This document shows positions 1 to 10,492 of a DNA stretch of 64,000 bases, piece after piece (the stretch's first letter is position 1; every line of letters starts with the position of its first letter). This stretch comes from Alphaproteobacteria bacterium (GTDB lineage: Bacteria; Pseudomonadota; Alphaproteobacteria; UBA7887): positions 3,904,001 to 3,968,000 of the forward strand of contig CBDCGL010000011.1 in assembly GCA_965216755.1 (NCBI GenBank), in the 5' to 3' direction. The notes under the pieces are model-generated. The model was not told the DNA's origin, made no database searches, and was given only the letters and a program-made list of their open reading frames with translations. Position numbers and translations under genes: made by a program.

Positions 1-2303
1 AGCGCATTGGCCGGTTTTGGCGCAGCGACGAATTTGACGCGCGACTCAAGCGTCTACGCAAGGTCAGTTTGGCCGTGGTTGACGGCGCCCGCGTCACGCG
101 CACACCCTATTTCTGCTCGGGCTGTCCGCACAATAGTTCAACCAAAGTGCCCGAGGGCAGCCGCGCCTTGGCGGGCATCGGCTGTCACTTCATGGCCCAG
201 TCGATGGATCGCAGCACCGCGACCTTTACCCATATGGGTGGGGAAGGCGTGACTTGGGTTGGCCAGGCGCCGTTTAACGGCAACCAGCATGTCTTCGTCA
301 ACTTGGGTGACGGCACATATTTTCATTCCGGCTTCTTGGCCATAAGGGCGGCCCGCGCGTCGGGCGCCAACATGACCTATAAGATCCTCTATAACGACGC
401 TGTCGCCATGACCGGTGGACAGCCGGTCGATGGCCAGCTCACCGTGGCCCAGATCGGCCGGCAGTTGCAGGCCGAAGGGGTCAAGAAAGTCGCCGTGGTC
501 GTCGACAATCCGGCCAAATACCCGCTGGGCATGGATTTTGGGCCCGGCACGACGATCCATCAGCGCGACGACCTGGATGCTGTGCAGCGCACTTTGCGCG
601 ACACCCCCGGCGTGACGGTGTTGATTTACGATCAAACCTGCGCGACCGAAAAACGCCGCCGCCGCAAACGTGGGGCGATGGCCGACCCCGCGCGCCGTGT
701 GATCATCAATGAGTCGGTGTGCGAAGGGTGTGGCGACTGCTCGGTCGCCTCGAACTGTGTTTCGGTCGAGCCCTTGGAAACGCCGTATGGGCGCAAGCGG
801 CAGATCAACCAGTCGACATGCAACAAAGATTTCTCGTGCTTGAAGGGCTTCTGCCCGAGCTTTGTCACGGTCGAAGGTGGCCGCTTGCGGCGCCGAAAAG
901 GCGCGGGCATTATCCAGTTGGCGTCGGCGGTGTCCGCGTTGCCGACGCCGCCCGAAGATCCACTCACCAAGCCATTCCATATTCTCGTAACGGGTATTGG
1001 CGGCACTGGCGTGGTTACGATCGGGGCGCTGGTCGGTATGGCCGCCCATCTGGAGGGCAAAGGCTGCAGTGTGTTGGATATGGTCGGCATCGCCCAAAAA
1101 GGCGGTCCGGTCCTCAGCCATATCAAAGTGGCGGCGGCGCCCGATGCGTTACACGCGGTCAGTATCGGCAGTGGCGGCGCCGACGCCCTGCTTGGCTGCG
1201 ATCTGGTCGTTGCGGCCGGTCGCGACGCGTTGGTCAAAACTATGCCCGACAAGACTCAGGCGGTCATTAACAGTCATGCCACACCCGTGGCGCAGTTCGT
1301 GCGCGATCCGAATTTTGACTTCGGTGCGGCAGCCAACATGGCCGCGATCGAAACCGCGGTCGGTCGCGACAATGCATTTTTCGTTGAAGGGACCCATTTG
1401 GCGACGGCGCTGTTCGGAGACTCAATCGCCAGCAACGTGTTCATGTTAGGGGTCGCCTTCCAAAAGGGTTTGATACCGGTTTCGGCCGATGCCCTGATCC
1501 GGGCCATTAAGCTGAACGGTGTGGCCGTCGATGTGAACACCAATGCTTTCGCCATGGGGCGGCTCGCCGTGCACGATCCGGCGGCATTGGAACGCGCCGC
1601 CGGTACGCAAACGTCGGCATTGCCCGGCAGTGTCGCGGAACCGGATCTCGACGCTTTGATCGCGCAACGCAGCGCGAACCTGACCGCTTATCAAGACAGC
1701 TCCTACGCCGCGCGCTACCGCGCCCTGGTCGAGGAAGCTCGTGCGGCTGAAGCAACGCGTAGCGCCGGGGTGACGGGCTTCGCCGAAGCGGTTGCCCGTT
1801 ACGCGTTCAAGCTCATGGCCTACAAGGACGAGTATGAGGTGGCACGTTTGCACAGCGACGGCGCCCTCAAAAACAAAATCGCGTCAATGTTCGAAGGCGA
1901 TTACACCTTGCGCTTTCACTTGGCGCCGCCATTGCTGGCGCGTCGTGATCCAGCCACCGGCGTGGCACGCAAGATAACGTTTGGCCCTTATGTAATGACT
2001 GTGTTTCGTTTCTTGGCGAAGCTCAAGATACTGCGTGGGACGCCGTTCGATGTTTTTGGCTACACCAAAGAACGGCGTACCGAACGGCAGTTGATCGCCT
2101 CTTACTTCGACACCATTCGCGCATTGATCGCCGATCTCGACCATGACAACCATGCCCTGGCCGTGCAAATCGCCGAGATCCCTGAGCAGATCAGAGGCTT
2201 CGGACATGTCAAGGCGCGCCATTTGGACTCCGCGCGAGCCGCTGAAGCGGAGCTGATGCGCCGTTTCCAAACGCCGGCGGCGCGGCAGCAGGCGGCCGAA
2301 TAG
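1..2303 (+). CDS. Indolepyruvate ferredoxin oxidoreductase family protein (fused type), 5'-truncated by window edge
   Basis: Frame is open from position 3. Motifs RTPYFCSGCPHN, GDGTYFHSG (TPP binding), CEGCGDC ferredoxin, GIGGTGVVT, YKDEYEVARL. Confidence 0.93.
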   Translation, partial: RIGRFWRSDEFDARLKRLRKVSLAVVDGARVTRTPYFCSGCPHNSSTKVPEGSRALAGIGCHFMAQSMDRSTATFTHMGGEGVTWVGQAPFNGNQHVFVNLGDGTYFHSGFLAIRAARASGANMTYKILYNDAVAMTGGQPVDGQLTVAQIGRQLQAEGVKKVAVVVDNPAKYPLGMDFGPGTTIHQRDDLDAVQRTLRDTPGVTVLIYDQTCATEKRRRRKRGAMADPARRVIINESVCEGCGDCSVASNCVSVEPLETPYGRKRQINQSTCNKDFSCLKGFCPSFVTVEGGRLRRRKGAGIIQLASAVSALPTPPEDPLTKPFHILVTGIGGTGVVTIGALVGMAAHLEGKGCSVLDMVGIAQKGGPVLSHIKVAAAPDALHAVSIGSGGADALLGCDLVVAAGRDALVKTMPDKTQAVINSHATPVAQFVRDPNFDFGAAANMAAIETAVGRDNAFFVEGTHLATALFGDSIASNVFMLGVAFQKGLIPVSADALIRAIKLNGVAVDVNTNAFAMGRLAVHDPAALERAAGTQTSALPGSVAEPDLDALIAQRSANLTAYQDSSYAARYRALVEEARAAEATRSAGVTGFAEAVARYAFKLMAYKDEYEVARLHSDGALKNKIASMFEGDYTLRFHLAPPLLARRDPATGVARKITFGPYVMTVFRFLAKLKILRGTPFDVFGYTKERRTERQLIASYFDTIRALIADLDHDNHALAVQIAEIPEQIRGFGHVKARHLDSARAAEAELMRRFQTPAARQQAAE

Positions 2304-2411
2304 TGCAATCCGGCCAAAACCCTTACGCACATCAAATCGGTGGCGACGTGCACAAAACCTCTTTTTTGCAAGTGCGAAGGTGTTTATACTGCAACGCAGC
2401 ACGACCAATTC

Positions 2412-2488
2412 TGTATTGAATTGTTGTGCTTGCCCTTTTGGGCGTTTCCTCCCTGAACTCGGGCTGCCAACAGGCAGCCCCTTTTTTT
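2412..2488 (+). ncRNA. suhB/MmgR (alpha-r8)-like small RNA
   Basis: GCCCTTTTGGGCG hairpin, then TTTCCTCCCT, then GGGCTGCC-AACA-GGCAGCCC-T7 terminator. Upstream TTGCAA..TATACT promoter-like element. 5' end approximate. Confidence 0.75.
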
Positions 2489-2546
2489 GCGTTGCACACG
2501 GATCGTTCGCACCGGCGCCGATGTTGCCGCGATGCGCGCCAATCGA

Positions 2547-3533
2547 TCACTCCGCGGCGAGCTTCGCGGTGCCCATATCGGCCAGCGCAAGGAAAAACTG
2601 GTTTAGATCCGCAGCCAGGCCATCGTAGGTGGGTAGCAAGTCCAGGCGGCCTTCATCCAGATAAAGGGCCCGGTTGATCTCGATTTGCAGGGCGTGGACG
2701 CTCGCCACTGGGCGCCCGTATCGCTTGGTCGTAAAGCCGCCAGCATAGGGGTAGTTCTTACTGACAACGTAGCCCAGGTCAGAAAGCACTTCTTCCGCGC
2801 GGATCGACAGGTCCGGCGCACATGCGGCCCCATGGCGGTCGCCCAAGACGATGTCGAAACCGGTGCCGCCATGGCGCCGAGGTCGGCGATCGACATTGCC
2901 GCCATGGCCGGCCAACGCCGCCTGTGAAGGCATGGAATGACAATCGATCAATATAGCCACGCCGAAACGGGCTTTGGTTTCCTTGATCAAGCGTTTAAGG
3001 GCGCGGTGGTAGGGCAGATAAAGCGACTTGATGCGCCTGCGGCCTTCGTCAACGGACAGCGGCACGCCATATATTTCCGCGCCGCTCGCGGCAACCCGCG
3101 GAATCGTTCCGAGCCCCGACCTGACGCGGGGCGATGCGCTGTTGACATAGCCTGGTAGGGCGCCGACGAACATGTCTGGATCAAGTTCAAACGGCTCGCG
3201 ATTGACGTCCACAACGGTCCGTGGGAATAGCGCCCGGATCATCGGTATGCCGAGCGACGGCGCAGCCGCAACCAGGTGGTCGACAAAACTGTCTTCCGAA
3301 CGACGCAGCGCGGCCAGACGGAGCCTGGATTGCCGCAAGAAATGATCGCTATAGAAACGGCCACTATGCGGTGACGCGACCACCAAAGGCAAGCGCTGGC
3401 GGACCGGCAACAGGACTTCGAACGCGATGTCCTGCCAGGGATTAAGGTGAGTGTCAGGCACGGTTGCGATGATTGGGGTACGGCCTTTGGTTTGTCGGCG
3501 ATCAAAGTCTAGCGGATCTGCCGGCGCGTTCAC
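2547..3533 (-). CDS. N-formylglutamate amidohydrolase
   Basis: Motifs SPHSG, DVNREP, LIDCHSMPS, NYPYAGG, HALQIEINRALY. Confidence 0.92.
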   Translation of the reverse strand: MNAPADPLDFDRRQTKGRTPIIATVPDTHLNPWQDIAFEVLLPVRQRLPLVVASPHSGRFYSDHFLRQSRLRLAALRRSEDSFVDHLVAAAPSLGIPMIRALFPRTVVDVNREPFELDPDMFVGALPGYVNSASPRVRSGLGTIPRVAASGAEIYGVPLSVDEGRRRIKSLYLPYHRALKRLIKETKARFGVAILIDCHSMPSQAALAGHGGNVDRRPRRHGGTGFDIVLGDRHGAACAPDLSIRAEEVLSDLGYVVSKNYPYAGGFTTKRYGRPVASVHALQIEINRALYLDEGRLDLLPTYDGLAADLNQFFLALADMGTAKLAAE

Positions 3534-3652
3534 CAGTGTCTATATGTGGCCGTTGGCACAAAATTCAGCGATCAACGGCGCAAGGTCCAGATTGCAAAGG
3601 CCGGCGCTTCGATTATGATGCGCCGCTTAGCGGCAGTTTTGTGCCGACGAAG

Positions 3653-3727
3653 GGGCGCGTAGCTCAGCGGGAGAGCACCACGTTGACATCGTGGGGGTCG
3701 CTGGTTCAATCCCAGCCGCGCCCACCA
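3653..3727 (+). tRNA. tRNA-Val(GAC)
   Basis: GGGCGCG/CGCGCCC acceptor stem, CCACG-TTGACAT-CGTGG anticodon arm, GGTTCAATCC T-loop, encoded CCA. Confidence 0.97.
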
Positions 3728-3765
3728 TTTTCTTAGAATGACGAGAGACAGGCTCAACCCCGCGT

Positions 3766-4326
3766 GTGACCCCAGATTTCTCTCAATTGTTTGGCCGAAG
3801 GTGGCGCGCCGCGATGGCGGCCGCCCTGTGCTTGTGGGCAATCGCGCTGGTTGCCGCCCGGCCGCTGTCAGCCGCCGAGCCGGTGCAGGCCGAAGTTAGC
3901 CGGGTCGTTCCGTATCCGCCCAAACTGGTGTGGGGTTTGATCGGTGAGTTTGGGCGGATCCATGTGTGGCATCCGGCCATCAAGTCGACAACGCTGAAGG
4001 GTGACGGTGGCCGCGGTCTTTATCGGATTCTCGGTCTGGAGGATGGCGGCGAGATTCATGAACTGTTTCTCGGCTATTCGTATCGGGAGAGGTTTTACGG
4101 CTACACGATCCTGCGCAGCCCTCTACCGGTTGACAACTACACGGCCGCGCTGACCGTACAACCGGGTTCAAAGGCGGACGAATCTGTGCTGATCTGGTCG
4201 TCTCAATTCGAGCCCAAGGATTTGCCGGCCGACGAGGCCATCGCGGTTATCGAAGGCATGTATCGAGACGGATTTGATTATGTTGACAAGGTATTGTCCG
4301 GAGAGGTTACGGTTCGCAAACCGTGA
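3766..4326 (+). CDS. SRPBCC/polyketide cyclase-like (MxaD-like) exported protein
   Basis: Signal-peptide-like N-terminus; VWGLIGEFGRIHVWHP..SPLPVDNY..WSSQF pattern. Start may be at 3814. Confidence 0.8.
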   Translation: MTPDFSQLFGRRWRAAMAAALCLWAIALVAARPLSAAEPVQAEVSRVVPYPPKLVWGLIGEFGRIHVWHPAIKSTTLKGDGGRGLYRILGLEDGGEIHELFLGYSYRERFYGYTILRSPLPVDNYTAALTVQPGSKADESVLIWSSQFEPKDLPADEAIAVIEGMYRDGFDYVDKVLSGEVTVRKP

Positions 4327-4506
4327 ACCGGGTTCCGCTCGCGTGGTTGATCTAAACCGATTTCGTAACACATATTCATAATACCAACGGCGAACTCCGG
4401 ATGAGCCGACTAGGCGGTGGTGCTGCTGGTACGGGGACCTTTCAACCAGGCGGCGCTGGTCGCGCCATAAAGGCGGACGAAATTCAACAAATCCGTCGTT
4501 CTGGTC

Positions 4507-5487
4507 ATGGCTGAAACAATCACATCTGCACAGGAAATTGATCAAGAACCCGCGGCCGAGGTGGTGCCGAGCCGGCTCGCCCCGCTGATTGCGCGATTCA
4601 ATGCGTGGTGGGAAGGCGAGGAATATGTACCACCCGACGTTGTCACGGCAGTGCCGGCGCGCGGGCTGTCGACACCTGAGACGCCGGTCACAGGCTGGAG
4701 CGAGGCACGGATCGATGTTGCCGAACGTCTGTGGGGCGAAGGTTTCTCCACACCGGGCGAGAAAGATTACGTCCTTGAGTTGGTCAAGCCATTGGCGTTG
4801 CACAATAAACTGAGCGCGCTGGACATTGGGGTTGGGCTCGGCGGCTCAACCCGCACGATCGCCACCGGCACAGATGCTTGGGTCGCGGGCCTGGAGGTTG
4901 ACTCTGACTTGCGCCGCGCGGCGATGAAGCGCTCAAAGCTCGCTGGGCTGGGGCGAAAAGCCCCGATCAAGCACTTCACGCCGCCCAACCTGATGGTGCG
5001 CGATCGCTCGATGGACGCGGTATTTTGCAAGGAGGCGATGCACGAGTTTGCGGATAAAGAGGCCATGTTTGCCGCCATCGCCGCCGCGCTCAAGCCCCAG
5101 GGCCAATTTTTGATGACCGACTACCTGCTGGCCGATTCCGAAACCGTGACCGACCCGGTGGCCCCCTGGCACGCGACGGTTCCCGACCAGGTCGAACTTT
5201 GGTCGCATCAGCGCACCGTGGCGCATCTACAAAACCTCAACCTGATGATCCGCGTTTCCGAAGATATTTCGGATCGCATCAAAGGCATGGTGTTGGCCGG
5301 ATGGCGCGCCTATGTGCGTACTTTGCACCCCGGAGCGCTGTCGCCGGCTGATGCGGCAGCGGTCATTGCCGAGGTTGAACGGTGGACCAATCTGCTTTCG
5401 GCGTTTGATTCCGGCGCACTGCGCGCGTACCGAATTCTGGCGATCAACAATATCAAGGACAAAAAACGGCGGCTCGGCTTGGGTTAG
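4507..5487 (+). CDS. Class I SAM-dependent methyltransferase (N-methyltransferase-like)
   Basis: LWGEGFSTPG, LDIGVGLGG motif I, LKPQGQFLMTDY. Confidence 0.8.
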   Translation: MAETITSAQEIDQEPAAEVVPSRLAPLIARFNAWWEGEEYVPPDVVTAVPARGLSTPETPVTGWSEARIDVAERLWGEGFSTPGEKDYVLELVKPLALHNKLSALDIGVGLGGSTRTIATGTDAWVAGLEVDSDLRRAAMKRSKLAGLGRKAPIKHFTPPNLMVRDRSMDAVFCKEAMHEFADKEAMFAAIAAALKPQGQFLMTDYLLADSETVTDPVAPWHATVPDQVELWSHQRTVAHLQNLNLMIRVSEDISDRIKGMVLAGWRAYVRTLHPGALSPADAAAVIAEVERWTNLLSAFDSGALRAYRILAINNIKDKKRRLGLG

Positions 5488-5641
5488 CAGCCTCTCCCTA
5501 TTCGGCCTCTGACCGACACGTCACATCCGTCGGGTGATTGACACCCGGGCCCCACTTTTTTATCGTCGCGCGCCTTCGCGATCAGGCCGAGGCGTCGAGA
5601 CGGCGGGACCTGACCGCCGAAAGTACACAGGTGGTGCCACG

Positions 5642-5767
5642 ATGAAAGTTTTGCGCTCACTGAAATCGGCCAAGAATCGCCATAAGGATTGCCGGGTTAT
5701 TCGGCGTCGTGGCCGGATCTACGTCATTAACAAGACCAACCCGCGCTTTAAAGCTCGGCAAGGTTAG
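5642..5767 (+). CDS. rpmJ: 50S ribosomal protein L36, type B (Zn-independent)
   Basis: [41 protein letters not shown]; ATG at 5642. Confidence 0.97.
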   Translation: MKVLRSLKSAKNRHKDCRVIRRRGRIYVINKTNPRFKARQG

Positions 5768-5900
5768 GCGCCAACAGCCCCTCTGAATTGGGGCGCCGCC
5801 CGTATGGGCGCGCGTGTTTGACGGCTGCCGTGTCCGCGACGACAATGGCCATGTTCGGTGCGCATATTGGCGTTGCCGGTGCATGCGGAGAGATGCGGCC

Positions 5901-7388
5901 ATGATGATGCCGGAACCCGATAGAGAAAGCTTGGCCGCGCGTGACACGTTGATCGCGCGGTTGGCTGATATTGTTCCTGGCGAGAGCTTGATCACGGAAG
6001 CGGATGCGCTGCGGCCGTTCGAGAGCGACGGACTGACCGCGTATCGCCAGGTCCCGATGGTCGTCGTTCTGCCCGAAACCACCGCCCAGGTCTCGCGCAT
6101 CCTCAGGGTTTGCTCGGAAATGGGCATCAAGGTCGTGCCGCGCGGGGCCGGTACGGGCCTGTCCGGTGGTGCGCTACCGTTGGCCGACGGCGTGACGCTT
6201 GGACTGAGCCGGTTTAACCAGATCCTGGACATCGATTATGCGAACCGCTGCGTGGTGGTCCAGCCCGGCGTGACCAATTTGGCGATCAGTCAGGCGGTCG
6301 CCGATGCCGGGTTCTATTATGCACCCGACCCATCCAGCCAAATCGCCTGCACGATCGGTGGCAATGTCGCCGAGAATTCCGGCGGCGTGCATTGTCTCAA
6401 ATATGGTGTGACCACCAATAATATTCTTGGCATCGAAATGGTGTTGGTCGACGGCGAAGTGGTGCGCCTCGGTGGTCGCCATTTGGATAGCGAGGGCTAT
6501 GATCTGCTCGGGTTGCTGACCGGGTCCGAAGGGTTGCTGGGCGTTATCACCGAAGTTACCGTCCGAATCTTGCCGACACCGGAGACCGCGCGCGCCTTGC
6601 TGATTGGGTTTCCGACCACCGAGGCCGCCGGCCAAACGGTCGCCGACATAATCGGCGGCGGCATCATTCCCGCCGGCATGGAAATGATGGATAAGTTGGC
6701 CATCGAAGCCGCCGAAGCATTTTGTCAGGCGGGCTATCCGCTGGACGCGGCGGCCTTGTTGATCGTCGAACTCGATGGGTCCCAGGTCGAGGTTGATCAC
6801 TTGCTTGAGCACGTCCATGGTTTGGCGGGCGCCAATGGCGCCACATCGATCCGCGCCAGCCAGAACGAGGAACAGCGCCTACGTTTCTGGGCCGGACGCA
6901 AGGCCGCCTTTCCGGCGATCGGTCGTCTGACGCCAGACTACTACTGCATGGATGGGACCATACCGCGTGGTCGCTTGTCCGAGGTCTTGGCACGGATGAG
7001 CGCACTGTCGGACTCCTATGGCTTGCGCGTCGCCAACGTGTTCCATGCTGGCGACGGCAATTTGCACCCCTTAATCATGTATGACGCCAATATCCCCGGT
7101 GATCTTGAAAAGACCGAGGCGTTCGGGGCCGACATCCTCAAATTGTGCGTCGAAGTTGGGGGTGTGCTCACCGGCGAACATGGCGTCGGCGTCGAAAAAC
7201 GGGACCTGATGGGTACGATGTTTGGCGACGATGATTTGAACCAACAACAACGGGTGAAATGCGCGTTTGATCCCGACGGGCTGCTCAATCCCGGCAAGGT
7301 GTTCCCGACTCTGCACCGGTGTGCGGAACTGGGGCGCATGCACATTCATCGCGGCGCCATACCGTTTCCGGATTTGCCCCGGTTCTAA
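5901..7388 (+). CDS. glcD: Glycolate oxidase subunit GlcD
   Basis: PRGAGTGLSGG, APDPSS..CTIGGN, GGVHCLKYG, FHAGDGNLHP, GEHGVG; first gene of a glcDEF arrangement. Confidence 0.92.
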   Translation: MMMPEPDRESLAARDTLIARLADIVPGESLITEADALRPFESDGLTAYRQVPMVVVLPETTAQVSRILRVCSEMGIKVVPRGAGTGLSGGALPLADGVTLGLSRFNQILDIDYANRCVVVQPGVTNLAISQAVADAGFYYAPDPSSQIACTIGGNVAENSGGVHCLKYGVTTNNILGIEMVLVDGEVVRLGGRHLDSEGYDLLGLLTGSEGLLGVITEVTVRILPTPETARALLIGFPTTEAAGQTVADIIGGGIIPAGMEMMDKLAIEAAEAFCQAGYPLDAAALLIVELDGSQVEVDHLLEHVHGLAGANGATSIRASQNEEQRLRFWAGRKAAFPAIGRLTPDYYCMDGTIPRGRLSEVLARMSALSDSYGLRVANVFHAGDGNLHPLIMYDANIPGDLEKTEAFGADILKLCVEVGGVLTGEHGVGVEKRDLMGTMFGDDDLNQQQRVKCAFDPDGLLNPGKVFPTLHRCAELGRMHIHRGAIPFPDLPRF

Positions 7389-8611
7389 TGACGACACGGT
7401 TAAAGCCCGCGGACCTCGACCAATTGCGTGACGCGGTTGCCTGGGTGGTCGCGGAGGAAAAGCCGGCCGAAATCGTCTGCCACGGCACCAAGCAAGATTT
7501 TGGCCGCACAACCAATAGCGAAGTGACCCTGGATATGTCAGGGCTGGCGGGCATTGTCTCCTATGAACCGGACGAATTGGTTCTGACGGCGAAGGCAGGC
7601 ACGCCCATGTCCGAAATCACGGAAATCCTTGCCGCCGAGAAACAAGCGCTTGCGTTCGAGCCACCGTCATACGGGCCCATGTTGGGCCATGACGCGGGCG
7701 GTTCGCTGGGCGGCTCCATCGCCTGCAATCTGTCCGGGCCGCGCCGATTCAAGGTCGGCGCCGCGCGCGATCATTTTCTCGGCGTCAGCGCGGTCAACGG
7801 TCGCGGCGAGATCTTTAAATCCGGCGGCCGGGTGGTCAAGAACGTCACCGGCTATGATTTGTGCAAGTTGCTCGCTGGGTCGTATGGCACCTTGGCGGTG
7901 ATGGCCGAAATCACGGTGAAGGTGCTGCCACAGCCCGAGAAGACCCGCACGGTCCTGATCAGTGGCCTTGATGACGCGACGGCGGTGCGGTTGCTGGGCG
8001 ACATCGCCAGCGGTCGCCACGAAGCGAGTGGCCTCGCGCATCTGCCAGAAAACAGCGTTGCGCGCTCCCAGGTCAGTTATCTCCGCGGCGCCGGCCGCGC
8101 CGTGACCGCCATCCGCCTAGAGGGTCCGGCGCCGTCGGTGCTGGCGCGCTGTGCCGCGCTGAAGAATTCCTGCGCGCCCCACGGCGCGATCGAGGAACTG
8201 CACGGTCACAATTCATCGCAGCTGTGGCGCGAGGTCGGGGAGGCGCGCTTGCTGACCGAGAGCGCGGCGGATTGTATTTGGCGCATTTCCCTGCCGCCGG
8301 CGGCGGCGGCGGGCGTTGTCGCGGCGTGCCGCACGGGTTCGGACATAGTCGGCTGTGCCTATGATTGGGCCGGTGGCTTGGTTTGGCTTGCGACCGCCCC
8401 CCATGGCGACGGCGGCGCGGCTGTAATCCGGGCGGCGCTCGCCCGTGATGGCGGCCACGCGACGCTGATCCGCGCGCCGGTGGCGATGCGCAACGCGGTG
8501 GCGGTGTTCCAGCCGCAGGACGGGGTCCTCGCGGCCTTGTCGACTCGGGTTAAAAAGCAGTTTGATCCCCGTGCCGTATTGAATCGCGGCCGCATGTATG
8601 CCGGTCTGTGA
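7388..8611 (+). CDS. glcE: Glycolate oxidase FAD-binding subunit GlcE
   Basis: GGRVVKNVTGYDLCKL motif; ATG overlaps the glcD stop. Confidence 0.92.
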   Translation: MTTRLKPADLDQLRDAVAWVVAEEKPAEIVCHGTKQDFGRTTNSEVTLDMSGLAGIVSYEPDELVLTAKAGTPMSEITEILAAEKQALAFEPPSYGPMLGHDAGGSLGGSIACNLSGPRRFKVGAARDHFLGVSAVNGRGEIFKSGGRVVKNVTGYDLCKLLAGSYGTLAVMAEITVKVLPQPEKTRTVLISGLDDATAVRLLGDIASGRHEASGLAHLPENSVARSQVSYLRGAGRAVTAIRLEGPAPSVLARCAALKNSCAPHGAIEELHGHNSSQLWREVGEARLLTESAADCIWRISLPPAAAAGVVAACRTGSDIVGCAYDWAGGLVWLATAPHGDGGAAVIRAALARDGGHATLIRAPVAMRNAVAVFQPQDGVLAALSTRVKKQFDPRAVLNRGRMYAGL

Positions 8612-8629
8612 CGGCGGGGTCCACAGGCA

Positions 8630-9919
8630 GTGCAAACCCATTTTACCGATATCCAACGGCAAGACCCGAATGTGCAAGAAGCCGAGCGCGTGTTGCGATC
8701 GTGCGTCCATTGCGGTTTTTGCACGGCGACATGTCCGACATATGTATTGTTGGGCAACGAGCTCGATTCGCCGCGTGGGCGGATCTATTTGATCAAGGAT
8801 CTGCTGGAAAACGACAAGACGCCGACCGCCGAGGTGGTCACCCACATCGATCGATGCCTGTCGTGCCTGTCATGCATGACCACCTGTCCTTCGGGCGTCA
8901 ACTATATGCACCTGGTTGACCAGGCCCGGACCCACATCGAACGTCGGTTTCGACGGCCCCGCGCCGAACGCTGGTTGCGCTGGCTGCTGGCGCTGGTGCT
9001 GCCGCGTCCCGGTTTGTTCCGATGGGCATTGCGGGGCGCGCGCTTGGTCCGGCCGCTGGGCCCCTTGATGCCCGGCCGGCTGGCCGGTTTGGTTGCCATG
9101 GCGCCGGCGCGTGTGCCGCGACCGTCCGCCCTGGATCGTCGGCACGTGGTCGCTGCCGAGGCGTCGCGGCGACAGCGCGTGGCGTTGCTCACGGGCTGCG
9201 CGCAAAGAGTGCTGGACCCGGAAATCAATGACGCGACCATCCGAATACTAAACCGCCATGGTTGCGAGGTGGTGATGCCGCCGATGGTCGGTTGCTGCGG
9301 TGCATTGACCCACCATCTGGGACAGGAGGCGAATGCGCTCGACGCCGCGCGCACCAACATTGGCGCGTGGTGGCGCGAGATCGAAGGCGAAGGCCTTGAC
9401 GCCATCGTCATCAACGCCTCGGGCTGTGGCACAGTGGTCAAGGGCTATGGCCACATGTTGCGCGACGATCCGAACTGGGCGGCGCCAGCGGCGGCGATTT
9501 CGGAACGGACCCGCGACATCAGCGAGTTGCTCGCCACCCTTGACCTCGCCGCGCGGCGCGATGTCGGAAATCTCGTCGTTGCCTATCATTCAGCCTGCTC
9601 GTTGCAACATGGTCAAAAGATCACTGAGCCACCCAAGGCCTTGCTACGGCAGGTGGGTTTCACTGTGCGCGATGTGCCTGAGGGGCATTTGTGTTGCGGC
9701 TCGGCTGGCACCTACAATCTTTTGCAGCCCGCGATTGCCGCGCGCCTGTTGGAACGGAAGATCGGCAATATACGCAAGTTGTCACCGGACGTTGTCGCCG
9801 CTGGCAATATTGGCTGCATGACCCAAATCGCGCCGGCCATCGACGTGCCGGTTGTCCACACCGCGGCATTGTTGGATTGGGCCACCGGTGGGCCAAAGCC
9901 GCGCGCGCTTGGATCCTGA
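8630..9919 (+). CDS. glcF: Glycolate oxidase Fe-S subunit GlcF
   Basis: MQTHF start, CVHCGFCTATCP, CLSCLSCMTTCP, two CCG domains. Confidence 0.95.
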   Translation: MQTHFTDIQRQDPNVQEAERVLRSCVHCGFCTATCPTYVLLGNELDSPRGRIYLIKDLLENDKTPTAEVVTHIDRCLSCLSCMTTCPSGVNYMHLVDQARTHIERRFRRPRAERWLRWLLALVLPRPGLFRWALRGARLVRPLGPLMPGRLAGLVAMAPARVPRPSALDRRHVVAAEASRRQRVALLTGCAQRVLDPEINDATIRILNRHGCEVVMPPMVGCCGALTHHLGQEANALDAARTNIGAWWREIEGEGLDAIVINASGCGTVVKGYGHMLRDDPNWAAPAAAISERTRDISELLATLDLAARRDVGNLVVAYHSACSLQHGQKITEPPKALLRQVGFTVRDVPEGHLCCGSAGTYNLLQPAIAARLLERKIGNIRKLSPDVVAAGNIGCMTQIAPAIDVPVVHTAALLDWATGGPKPRALGS

Positions 9920-9944
9920 CGCCGTTGGCGTCATACTTGCGCTC

Positions 9945-10490
9945 ATGCGAACCATGTTGACTTTGTTGATCTGGGCCGGCTTGTGCAGTGGTGTTGCCCT
10001 GGCCGGTCAGGAAGATCCACGCCTTGACGGCTTGTTCGCGCAATTGCAACAGGTCAATGGGCATGCGCAGGCGGCGTCGATCGAAGCCGAGATCTGGCAA
10101 ATTTGGATCGCTGCTGATAACAGCGAGGTTGAAAATTTGATGGCCATGGGGGTTGGCGCAATGCGCAGCGGTCGCCTGGGCGCGGCCCTGTTCGCGTTCG
10201 ACGCCGTCGTGGACATGGCGCCCGAATTCGCCGAAGGTTGGAACAAGCGGGCGACACTGTATTGGATGATGGGCGAGTTCGAAGAATCGGTGGCCGATAT
10301 CGACAAGACGCTGGCTCTTGAGCCGCGCCACTTTGGCGCCCTGTCTGGGTTGGCCATGATTCGCGAAGCGCAAGGGCGCATTGACGAGGCGATCGATGCG
10401 CTAAGAAAAGCCATCGCCGTGCATCCGCACATGGTTAATGGCAAGCAGCGGCTGAGATCGCTCGACGAAAAGCTTGGCGCACCGGCCTAA
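9945..10490 (+). CDS. Tetratricopeptide repeat protein, exported
   Basis: Signal peptide; AEGWNKRATL..LEPRHFGALSGL TPR pattern. Confidence 0.85.
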   Translation: MRTMLTLLIWAGLCSGVALAGQEDPRLDGLFAQLQQVNGHAQAASIEAEIWQIWIAADNSEVENLMAMGVGAMRSGRLGAALFAFDAVVDMAPEFAEGWNKRATLYWMMGEFEESVADIDKTLALEPRHFGALSGLAMIREAQGRIDEAIDALRKAIAVHPHMVNGKQRLRSLDEKLGAPA

Positions 10491-10492
10491 AC

